NCBI GenBank assembly: GCA_037076615.1
Contig: AP029158.1
Location: 133,470-197,469, forward strand
Source: Candidatus Parcubacteria bacterium
Lineage (GTDB): Bacteria; Patescibacteriota; Patescibacteriia; Patescibacteriales; UBA12465
Direction: 5' to 3'
Length of the DNA stretch: 64,000 bases
How positions within the stretch are numbered: the stretch's first letter is position 1; each line of letters starts with the position of its first letter. The position numbers were made by a program, and so were the translations under genes. Of this stretch, positions 54,317 through 62,911 are shown one piece after another. Under the pieces are notes generated by a model, which saw only the letters and a program-made list of their open reading frames with translations, was not told the origin of the DNA and searched no databases.

Positions 54317-56068
54317 ATGACGAAAAATGATCGTATTCTCCAAAGTTTATTGGAAAAAAAATTATTGACCGAGAGCCAAGTAGAAGGCTTAAAAGCGGGG
54401 GGCGACAATAAGCGCCCTGATTTTTTGGCAATCCTAGAGGGTTTAGTTGATGAAGAAAAATTGGCTCAGGTCCGAGCGGAGATTTCCGGCTTACCTTATG
54501 TTTTAATTCAGAGCGAAGATATTCCCGAAAACATTCTTAATTTTTTGCCCGAAGAAATCGCCAAAACTTATCAAATGATTTCTTTTGATCGCGAGGAGAA
54601 CGATATTAAAATTGCCTTAGTAGAAACCGATCTTAAGGCAATGGAAGCTGTTAATTTTTTAGCCGCTGGCGAGCGCTTGCGTCCGGTTTTTTTCTTAGTT
54701 TCTTCAGGGAGTTTTAAGCGCGGCTTCAAACAATACCAAAAGATGGAGGACGAAATCTCCACCGCTTTGGAAGTAAAAGCTCAATCAGAAGGGGAAGAAT
54801 TGGTTCAAATTAAAGAGAGCGATGAGGATATTAGCGACGAGGAGATTGATAGCGCCCCGGTGGCCCGAATTGTTTCCGTTATTATCAGACACGCCGTGGA
54901 GGCGCGCGCTTCCGATATTCATATTGAGCCCTATGATAAAGAGAGTCGGGTTCGTTACCGCATTGATGGTATCTTGCATACTTCTTTAACTTTGCCGAAG
55001 AGCATTCATCCGGCGATTATTGCCCGTATTAAAGTGTTGGCGCACTTGAAGTTAGATGAAGCTCGCGTCCCCCAAGATGGCCGCATTCGGTTATTGGTTA
55101 ATGGTCGGGAAGTGGATTTTCGTGTATCAACATTACCGCTCGCTAGCCAAGAAAAAGTGGTGATGCGTATTTTAGATACTAATCAAGGGGTGCCAACTTT
55201 GGAATCTCTAGGTTTTAACTTTAACACGGTCACTTGTATTCGTGAGGGGATGAAAAAAACGAGCGGGATTATGTTAGTTACCGGTCCGACCGGTTCTGGT
55301 AAAACGACTACACTGTACGCGGTTTTAACAATTTTAAATAAAGAGGGGGTTAATATTTCCACGCTAGAAGACCCGGTTGAGTATGAGATTAAAGGTATTA
55401 ACCAAGCGCAAGTACGCCCCAAAATCGGCTTTACTTTTGCTAACGGTTTAAGATCTCTCTTGCGCCAAGACCCTAACATTATTATGGTCGGTGAAATTCG
55501 TGATGAAGAAACGGCGAGTTTGGCTATTAACGCCGCTCTCACCGGTCATTTAGTTTTATCCACTCTTCATACTAATGATGCCTTAGGAACAATTTTCCGT
55601 TTAGTGGATATGGGTATCGAATCTTTCTTATTGGCCTCCACCTTAAAAACAGTCGTTGCCCAACGTTTAGCTCGCCGTCTTTGTCCGTCTTGTCGCGAAC
55701 CGATGACGATTCCTGAAGATGAGTTAGCGGATATTCGTGAGGAGCTTAATCAAATTCCGGTGTCCGCCTTAAAAGAGGAAATTAAAGATTTTGTCTCCGT
55801 TGATGATTTTTTAGCCAAGGCGACTTTTTATAAAGCGAAAGGTTGTTCTCGTTGTGAGGAGACTGGTTATCGTGGTCGTATTTCTATTGGTGAAGCCATT
55901 GATATTAACGATAAATTAAAAGAAATTCTCAACGACGAAATGGATAAGTTAAATTTAGAAACCGTAAAAAACAGTCAGAACTTTATTTCTATTAGACAAG
56001 ATGGCTATTTAAAAGCCGTTCAAGGCATCACCACCATAGAGGAGGTGCTGCGAGTTATTGAAGACTAA
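54317..56068 (+). CDS. pilB: Type IV pilus assembly ATPase PilB (GspE family)
   Basis: Walker A GPTGSGKTTT, Asp/His boxes, and the tetracysteine motif CPSC...CSRC. Confidence 0.9.
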   Translation: MTKNDRILQSLLEKKLLTESQVEGLKAGGDNKRPDFLAILEGLVDEEKLAQVRAEISGLPYVLIQSEDIPENILNFLPEEIAKTYQMISFDREENDIKIALVETDLKAMEAVNFLAAGERLRPVFFLVSSGSFKRGFKQYQKMEDEISTALEVKAQSEGEELVQIKESDEDISDEEIDSAPVARIVSVIIRHAVEARASDIHIEPYDKESRVRYRIDGILHTSLTLPKSIHPAIIARIKVLAHLKLDEARVPQDGRIRLLVNGREVDFRVSTLPLASQEKVVMRILDTNQGVPTLESLGFNFNTVTCIREGMKKTSGIMLVTGPTGSGKTTTLYAVLTILNKEGVNISTLEDPVEYEIKGINQAQVRPKIGFTFANGLRSLLRQDPNIIMVGEIRDEETASLAINAALTGHLVLSTLHTNDALGTIFRLVDMGIESFLLASTLKTVVAQRLARRLCPSCREPMTIPEDELADIREELNQIPVSALKEEIKDFVSVDDFLAKATFYKAKGCSRCEETGYRGRISIGEAIDINDKLKEILNDEMDKLNLETVKNSQNFISIRQDGYLKAVQGITTIEEVLRVIED

Positions 56069-56072
56069 ACAT

Positions 56073-57278
56073 ATGGCTATTTTTCGTTATAAGGCTAAAA
56101 ATGCTAAAGGGCGCACCAAGAGCGGATTAGATGTCGCGATGTCGGAGGCAGATTTGTCGCAACGTTTGCGTCGCCAAAACTTGGATATCATTTCCATTGC
56201 TGCCGCTGATAATTCCCCGGAAGCAAAACTAAACTTACTTTTAAACAAACCGAAGGGGAAAGACTTGGCGGTTTTTTCTCGGCAATTTGCGGTGATGATT
56301 TCTGCTAATGTGCCGATTGTGGAGTCTTTGGTTATTTTAATTGAGCAGACTTCTAATTTCAAACTGAAGCAAGCGGTGTCGGAGGTCGCCTTTGAAGTGA
56401 CGGCTGGAAGTTTACTGTCGGATTCGCTCGGCAAGCATCCAAGAATTTTTGATAATTTCTTTATTAACATGGTCAAAAGTGGTGAAGCTTCAGGAAAACT
56501 GGATGAAGTTTTAGAATACTTGGCTGATCAAACAGAAAGAAGTTATGATACCGCTTCTAAGGTTAAAGGAGCGATGATTTATCCGGTCTTTGTGTTGATT
56601 GCGATGGTTGTTGTCGGCATTGTTTTGATGGTGAAGATTCTACCGAGCTTAACCGGCATGCTTCAAGAGAGTGGTATGGATTTGCCAGTAACTACCAAAA
56701 TAATTATTGCGACTTCCGATTTTTTAGTTAACTATCTCTGGTTAGTGATTGTCCTGGTGATTGGTTTAGTTTTTCTGGTTCGTCTTTATTTAAAAACTGA
56801 CAAAGGTCGGCGTAATTGGGACTCCTTAACTTTGCGTATTCCGATTTTTGGCAAACTAGTTAATTACGTTGTTTTAACTCGCTTTACTAGATCGCTGAGC
56901 ACCCTCTTAAAAGGCGGGGTGACCATTACCAAAAGTTTAGAAGTTGTTTCTGGGGTGGTTAGTAATAAGGTTTATGAAGATATTCTTTTACGTACCCTTC
57001 AGTCTATTAAAGATGGTAATCCTTTATCAACGGTGATGAATACGGAGTCAATCGTGCCGAAGATGGTGCCACAAATGATTTCTGTTGGTGAACGCACTGG
57101 AAAAATAGATGTGGTGTTAGATAGTATCACCGGTTTTTATACCCGCGAGTCGGAAAAAATGTTAGCTAATTTAAGTTCGTTGATGGAGCCTTTAATCATG
57201 GTGATTATGGGTATCGGTGTGGGTATTATGGTGGCGGCGGTAATTATGCCGATGTATAGCATGGCCACGCAATTTTAA
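56073..57278 (+). CDS. pilC: Type IV pilus platform protein PilC (GspF family)
   Basis: Two GspF repeats with three TM segments. Start placed at the ATATG context at 56073. Confidence 0.85.
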   Translation: MAIFRYKAKNAKGRTKSGLDVAMSEADLSQRLRRQNLDIISIAAADNSPEAKLNLLLNKPKGKDLAVFSRQFAVMISANVPIVESLVILIEQTSNFKLKQAVSEVAFEVTAGSLLSDSLGKHPRIFDNFFINMVKSGEASGKLDEVLEYLADQTERSYDTASKVKGAMIYPVFVLIAMVVVGIVLMVKILPSLTGMLQESGMDLPVTTKIIIATSDFLVNYLWLVIVLVIGLVFLVRLYLKTDKGRRNWDSLTLRIPIFGKLVNYVVLTRFTRSLSTLLKGGVTITKSLEVVSGVVSNKVYEDILLRTLQSIKDGNPLSTVMNTESIVPKMVPQMISVGERTGKIDVVLDSITGFYTRESEKMLANLSSLMEPLIMVIMGIGVGIMVAAVIMPMYSMATQF

Positions 57279-57444
57279 TAATGCTGCCACCTGACTTGCG
57301 CTTGCGGTGTTTTTAAAAATACTTTATAATTTGAGAGTCAGCATTATTGTTTGTTTTTTTTATTATGCTATTATTAGTGTAAGTCTTACAAATCCCATCC
57401 GGCTCGTCCGGTTAAAATAAAAAATTTTTTAATCTAAGTTAGTT

Positions 57445-57870
57445 ATGAAAAACAAAAAAGGTTTTACTTTAGTTGAGCTCCTAGTTGTTGTGGCTATCAT
57501 TGGTATTTTAGCGGCAATTTCTGTAGTGGCTCTAAATACGGCTCGGGCCCGTGCTCGCGATTCGCGCCGCGTGGCTGATGTTAGACAGATTCAGACCGCG
57601 TTGGAGTTGTATTATAATGACATGGGTACTTATCCAGGTACACTGGGCACAGAAATTAAGGCGGGTACCACTGTTTACATGTCTCAAGTTCCTACTCCTC
57701 CAAGCCCTCATGACGGCGGTTGTACTTCGGCAAATAATTTATACGCTTACGCTGTTCAGAACGCAAGCAGCACCAACCCTTCTTATACCATCACCTATTG
57801 TCTCGGCGCCGCTACTGGTGGATTGGATGCGGGTCTTTCGGTTGCTACTCCAGCCACTGTTCAACAGTAA
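57445..57870 (+). CDS. Type IV major pilin
   Basis: Prepilin leader and cleavage motif KKGFTLVELLVVVAIIGILAAI. Followed by a terminator CCGACCCGA-TTTTT-CGGGTCGG plus a T-run. Confidence 0.85.
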   Translation: MKNKKGFTLVELLVVVAIIGILAAISVVALNTARARARDSRRVADVRQIQTALELYYNDMGTYPGTLGTEIKAGTTVYMSQVPTPPSPHDGGCTSANNLYAYAVQNASSTNPSYTITYCLGAATGGLDAGLSVATPATVQQ

Positions 57871-57965
57871 TTTGTCTTTGGTTTTTAACTTCTATCCGAC
57901 CCGATTTTTCGGGTCGGATTTTTTTTAGTATAATAGGGAGGTAGATAATAAAATATTTTTAAATT

Positions 57966-58961
57966 ATGAAAATAGTCTCGGCGCCTTCAGAAAATTTAAT
58001 CACTGAATTTCTTAAAAACGTTTCTCAACAGAATCTTCGGGGGGCGGAATTTTTGGTTAGCCCAGAGTGGGGAGAGCTTTTGCGGGTTGAGGGGGCGGCG
58101 ATTCAAAATTTAGCCGTTTTAGATGATGGTAAAATTATCACTCTTTTTAACGAAATCAGAAAAAAGATTCCGGGCGGCTTTTTTTACTATTACCCTCGCG
58201 GCCCTTTAATTGATCCGTCTTTAGTGGCGGTGCAAAAGTCAGCGCTAGAAAAAATTCTTAAAAAAAGAGCCAAGGACCAGGGGGCAATTTTTTTAAGATT
58301 AGAGCCCAATTATCTTTGGGCTAGTTTAAGAGAAACGGTCGCCTTGCAGCCGGCGCAAACTTTGATTTTAGATTTAAACCTTAAAGAGGAGGAGCTACTA
58401 GCGGCGATGCATCAAAAGACTCGCTACAATATTCGCTTAGCAGTCAAAAAAGGAGTATGCGTTCGTCTGGGCACTAAAGATGATTTCGCTGATTTTTGGC
58501 GGCTGATGCAGCAAACCGGAGAGAGAGATAATTTTGGCACTCACTCTCAAAAACATTATGAAGCGCTGTTAGAAAATCCGGAGTTTATAAAATTATTTGT
58601 GGCTGAAGTGGGCGGGGAAGTAATTGCCGCCGGATTTTTTGCTTTTTATCTAGATAAAGTTACCTATCTTCACGGCGCTTCGGATTACAAGCACCGCGCT
58701 CTGATGGCGCCTTATCTCCTGCAATGGGAAGTGATTAAACAGGCGCAGAAAGAGGGTTACCAGCTCTATGATTTTTATGGCATTGATGAAAAAAAATGGC
58801 CGGGGGTAACGCGGTTTAAATTAGGTTTTGGCGGCCGCGTGGCGGATTATCCCGGAACTTTTGACTTAGTGTTGTGCCCCTTAAAATATAAAGTTTATAA
58901 TTTCTTGCGCCGCCTTAATCGGTATTTAAGATCAGGGGCGCGGAAAATTTATAAATCTTAA
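57966..58961 (+). CDS. FemAB-family peptidyltransferase (peptidoglycan interpeptide bridge formation)
   Basis: KTRYNIRLAVKKG and YLHGASDYKHRALMAPYLLQWE are typical of the FemAB family. Confidence 0.7.
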   Translation: MKIVSAPSENLITEFLKNVSQQNLRGAEFLVSPEWGELLRVEGAAIQNLAVLDDGKIITLFNEIRKKIPGGFFYYYPRGPLIDPSLVAVQKSALEKILKKRAKDQGAIFLRLEPNYLWASLRETVALQPAQTLILDLNLKEEELLAAMHQKTRYNIRLAVKKGVCVRLGTKDDFADFWRLMQQTGERDNFGTHSQKHYEALLENPEFIKLFVAEVGGEVIAAGFFAFYLDKVTYLHGASDYKHRALMAPYLLQWEVIKQAQKEGYQLYDFYGIDEKKWPGVTRFKLGFGGRVADYPGTFDLVLCPLKYKVYNFLRRLNRYLRSGARKIYKS

Positions 58962-58964
58962 TTT

Positions 58965-59423
58965 ATGATTTTTATAAGCAATCAAACCGATTATCATCTC
59001 CCTAAACGTCGCCTCTTAAAAATAACTAAAGATTTTCTTAAAGAGCATCAGCGGGCAGAGCAGGAGGTGTCTTTAGTTTTTGTTAGGCCGGAGTTTATGC
59101 GGCAACTGAATCTCAAATATCGCGGTTTTGACAAAACTACTGATATTTTATCTTTTCCGGTTTTAGAAACCGGGCCAATGTTGGGAGAGATTTTTATAAA
59201 CTTAGAAGCTCTGGAAGATTTAGTTTCTTATCAAGAAATTTTAGATTTACTTAAAGTTTCGTCTTTAAAACCCAAAAAACAACTTAAAGTTTTATTGGAT
59301 TTTATTTTAGTTCATGGTTTATTGCATCTGCTTGGCTATGATGACGAGGAGCCGGCAGAACGTGAGAAAATGCTGCAATTAGGTAAAGATTTTTTGGCCA
59401 AGTATGGTATAATAAAAGAATGA
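58965..59423 (+). CDS. ybeY: rRNA maturation endoribonuclease YbeY
   Basis: HGLLHLLGYDD zinc-binding motif. Confidence 0.85.
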   Translation: MIFISNQTDYHLPKRRLLKITKDFLKEHQRAEQEVSLVFVRPEFMRQLNLKYRGFDKTTDILSFPVLETGPMLGEIFINLEALEDLVSYQEILDLLKVSSLKPKKQLKVLLDFILVHGLLHLLGYDDEEPAEREKMLQLGKDFLAKYGIIKE

Positions 59424-60796
59424 AAAACGCTTTTCTAAAAATCGGATTTTTTTTGGTCGTCGTGATTTTTGGGGGCGCTTTTTTTACAATTAAACCAGCC
59501 GCCGCTGACGCTGCTCATAATATTCGTGGTCTGGCTTATAACGGATCTTATGGCTATATCAGTTTTAATTGTTTAGATGATGATTTTGGGGCGCGCTTCC
59601 CAATGACTTTCCCCTTCACATTCTATATTGGCCCTTGTACTGTTCGCCAGTCGGGCGTCAACTTGGATGAAAACAATAATTTTTCCGGCGAAGCCTGGAA
59701 TTCTATTTTAGGAATTATCACTTTTGACAGTGCGTCGCAACCCCCCACTGATCATTTTCGCAGCTATTGTAATAATAATGGTACCTGTTTAGCGGCCAAT
59801 AATTGCACGGCTTGCTACAATGAGGATGATGGCCATGTTTACGGGTACATGCAAGTGGTTAGTACCGGCGAATGGATTCGCTTAGATTCTGAAGTCATTA
59901 ATCCAAGCACCCAAATCTCTAATTATTTGTCGTCGCAGCCGGGCATTTTTTCAGGCTATGCGACCTCCACCTTAGGAGAGATTAGTTTTAATTGTGCTGA
60001 TTCCGGAGTTTGCGGCACCAATTCTTACTATGTTCGTATCGGCCCACTGCAAATTAGGCAACTGCAAGCACCGCATTGGTCGGCAGCGGAAGCTTGCAGC
60101 TTAGCCGCCAATCGAGCGGTTCTTAAATGGAATCGTCGTTCTGGAATCCAAACCGCTTATCAAATAATAGTGAGTACCCAGGATAGCACCACCAGTGGTC
60201 AAATTTTAAATACTGGCAAAATTTCTAGCGCTGCCAATCAATATAATGCTTCTGGTCTAGCTTATAATCAGTCTTATTATTGGTTTTTACGTTTGTGGGA
60301 CGGTGATGATGTGCCGACTTCTTGGCGGCAATTTGATACCAACGCGCCTAATCGTTTAGTCCAAGATTGGCTCACCGATAATCAGGCCTATAACCAAGCA
60401 AAAAATCCGAGCGGTTATACTAAAACTTTTACAACTTACAAGCACGAGTATCCGCGTCCATCCTTTACTTGGTCGCCGGAAGAAATTGTGATTGCCACTA
60501 CGAGCAATACCTTTATTAGTAATTCACGGGTGTCTCTTAGCGGTGCGCCCACCACTCTTCAGAGTTGTAACGATAGTGCCTGTGCTTATGATTGGACGAC
60601 CAGCGATTACTTGGCGGTAATTACTTCACCAACCAGCGCTTCGACTAGTATTGAATTTGCCATCGCCAGCAGTACCGCCGTGAATTTAAAGGTAACTGAT
60701 AATGACGGTTATTCTTGCGCGACTTCAACAACTCTTAATGTTAATTATCAATTGCCACTCTGGAAAGAAATTAAAGCTTCAGAGAGTTATCCTTAA
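59420..60796 (+). CDS. Secreted multi-domain protein with four G-x-ISFN-type repeats, an FN3-like module and a PKD-like C-terminus
   Basis: Signal anchor. Repeats YGYISFNC, LGIITFDS, GEWIRLDS and LGEISFNC. QTAYQIIV...YYWFLRLWD module. C-terminal NLKVTDNDGYSCA. Confidence 0.5.
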   Translation: MKNAFLKIGFFLVVVIFGGAFFTIKPAAADAAHNIRGLAYNGSYGYISFNCLDDDFGARFPMTFPFTFYIGPCTVRQSGVNLDENNNFSGEAWNSILGIITFDSASQPPTDHFRSYCNNNGTCLAANNCTACYNEDDGHVYGYMQVVSTGEWIRLDSEVINPSTQISNYLSSQPGIFSGYATSTLGEISFNCADSGVCGTNSYYVRIGPLQIRQLQAPHWSAAEACSLAANRAVLKWNRRSGIQTAYQIIVSTQDSTTSGQILNTGKISSAANQYNASGLAYNQSYYWFLRLWDGDDVPTSWRQFDTNAPNRLVQDWLTDNQAYNQAKNPSGYTKTFTTYKHEYPRPSFTWSPEEIVIATTSNTFISNSRVSLSGAPTTLQSCNDSACAYDWTTSDYLAVITSPTSASTSIEFAIASSTAVNLKVTDNDGYSCATSTTLNVNYQLPLWKEIKASESYP

Positions 60797-60797
60797 T

Positions 60798-61364
60798 ATG
60801 AAAAAATCCGGCTTTACTTTAATTGAATTAATTGTTTCTCTGGGGATTATCGCCATGATTACAGCGATCTTTTTGGTGAATTATCGGTCCAACACCCAGC
60901 GTTCCGATTTGCGCTTAACGGCGCAGCGGGTGGTTTCTGATATTCGCTTAGTCCAAAATTACGCTCTAGGTCTGATGAGTTATGGCCCCAGTCAAAATCA
61001 ACAGGCACCGGCCGGGGGCTGGGGGATGGTTTTTAATTCCGACAGTAATGAGTATTTTACTTTTGCTGACACCACACCTAATCGCTTGGCGGATCCCGGT
61101 GAGAGCGAAGAAGCTTATGGGGCGATTCGCAACGAGTTGCCAGATAATTTTTTTATTGAAAGTATTAGAATCAAACAAGTTAGCGGCACACTCATAACCG
61201 TCCCCAAGGCTACTATTGCTTTTTTACCACCCGATCCCAAAGTTTTTATTAACGCTTATGAAGAAAATCAGGAGGCCGAGCTGGTTTTGAAAGATAAAAT
61301 TAGCGGCGAAACAAAAACGATTAGAATCAATTTTCTTGGTTTAGCTGAAGTTTTAGGCGACTAA
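60798..61364 (+). CDS. Prepilin-type minor pilin
   Basis: MKKSGFTLIELIVSLGIIAMI N-terminal methylation motif. Start moved from the ORF-track 60702. Confidence 0.75.
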   Translation: MKKSGFTLIELIVSLGIIAMITAIFLVNYRSNTQRSDLRLTAQRVVSDIRLVQNYALGLMSYGPSQNQQAPAGGWGMVFNSDSNEYFTFADTTPNRLADPGESEEAYGAIRNELPDNFFIESIRIKQVSGTLITVPKATIAFLPPDPKVFINAYEENQEAELVLKDKISGETKTIRINFLGLAEVLGD

Positions 61365-61370
61365 TAATTT

Positions 61371-61901
61371 ATGAAAATAAAGGGGCGACAAAATAAAAAA
61401 TATCAGCAGCCAGGATTCTCCATCGTTGAGATTTTGGCAATTCTGTTTATTATTTCTTTAGCCATGCTTGGGGTGGTATCTTTGATTGTTCAAAATATTC
61501 AAGCCCAGAGCATCAATAAAAACCAATTGATTGCCGCTAGTCTGTCGCAAGAGGGGATAGAGTTGGTGCGCCAAATTCGGGATACTAACTGGTTGAATGG
61601 CCGAGACTTTGCTACCGGTTTAACTAATGGCAATTATGTAACAGATTTTAATCAGGGTAGCTTAATTCCTGTCGGTAGTAATTCTGATACCCGGCTTTAT
61701 TTAGATAGCGGCGGCTTTTATGTTTTAGCGGCTGCCGGTTTAGAGCCAACTATTTTTAAACGACAAATTTTTATTGAACGTTTGCCGGCGACCGCTGAAG
61801 ATCCGGGGGAGCCGCTCAAGGTGCGCTCTTTAGTTTCTTGGGAAGTGCGCGACAAACCTTATCGTTACGAATTAGGAACCTTGCTTTATGATTGGCGTTA
61901 A
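61371..61901 (+). CDS. Prepilin-type minor pilin
   Basis: QPGFSIVEILAILFIISLAML. Confidence 0.7.
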   Translation: MKIKGRQNKKYQQPGFSIVEILAILFIISLAMLGVVSLIVQNIQAQSINKNQLIAASLSQEGIELVRQIRDTNWLNGRDFATGLTNGNYVTDFNQGSLIPVGSNSDTRLYLDSGGFYVLAAAGLEPTIFKRQIFIERLPATAEDPGEPLKVRSLVSWEVRDKPYRYELGTLLYDWR

Positions 61902-62475
61902 TAAAATAAAACTTAAAAAATTATTCAAGCGGCGCGCCTTGCAGCCGGGGTTTTCTTTAACAGAAATTTTAGTTTCAGTTTTACTTTTTGCTTTAATTAT
62001 TACCGGGGCCTTAAATGTTTTTCGCTTAGTCATTGAAAGCCAGCGCACCGCTTTAGCGACCCAGAATGTTGAAGAAAATCTCAAGTATTTTTTAGAGGTA
62101 ACGAGCAAAGAAATTAGGATGGCCAAGCGCAGCACGGGTACTTGCGGTGTGCCGGTGGGGCAGATTTACGCCAATGAAACCGTGGGCAATTCTCAAGTTT
62201 TAAAATTCAAAAATTATCACGGCGAATGTGTGATTTATGATATAAATAATGAGCGTTTCCGGGTGCAACGAGGCCTTAGAACCGGTTATTTAACGCCCGC
62301 CAGTATTCGGATAACGGCCGCAGATTTTTTAATTAAACATAATGGCAATTTACCAGAGAAGCAGCAGGGAATGGTAGCGATGGGTTTGACTGCTGAGGCT
62401 CTAGGGAAAGAACTTAACCGAGCGGAGATGAAGATTCAAACCACGCTCACCTCTCGCTATTACCGCAATGACTAA
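61888..62475 (+). CDS. Prepilin-type minor pilin
   Basis: QPGFSLTEILVSVLLFALIITG. Confidence 0.7.
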   Translation: MIGVNKIKLKKLFKRRALQPGFSLTEILVSVLLFALIITGALNVFRLVIESQRTALATQNVEENLKYFLEVTSKEIRMAKRSTGTCGVPVGQIYANETVGNSQVLKFKNYHGECVIYDINNERFRVQRGLRTGYLTPASIRITAADFLIKHNGNLPEKQQGMVAMGLTAEALGKELNRAEMKIQTTLTSRYYRND

Positions 62476-62842
62476 AATGAAATTAAAAAAGGGCAGCGCC
62501 CTCTTGCTAACACTATTTATTGTTTCCGCCATTATCGTGGTCGCCTTAGGCGGTTCCTATTTTGTGATGATCGGCTTGCGCTCGGGGAATTTACAGTATG
62601 ATTCTTCCCGCGCTTATTATGTCGCCGAAACCGGGTCGGAGCGAGTGTTGAATGAGGTCCGTAAAAATGGTTTTAATTTACGCGAGGCTCCTTTTGGAGA
62701 AATTTATAATATTATTATTCCAGATATGGCTTTAAACAATGAGGCTTCTTACTCAATTTCTAACGTCAGTTGGAACCCGATTAAGTTGATTTCAGTGGGA
62801 ACCTATGGGCGGACTAAAAGGAGTGTTGAATTGGAGTTTTAA
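62468..62842 (+). CDS. PilX-like small pilus protein
   Basis: KGSALLLTLFIVSAIIVVALG hydrophobic N-terminus without the canonical G-F-T-L-x-E. Confidence 0.5.
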   Translation: MTKMKLKKGSALLLTLFIVSAIIVVALGGSYFVMIGLRSGNLQYDSSRAYYVAETGSERVLNEVRKNGFNLREAPFGEIYNIIIPDMALNNEASYSISNVSWNPIKLISVGTYGRTKRSVELEF

Positions 62843-62911
62843 GGGCCAAAAAAGCTTTGCCTTGATTTCCAAAAATTGCTATAATTTAAGAGAAATTAAG
62901 ATGGAAATTCT

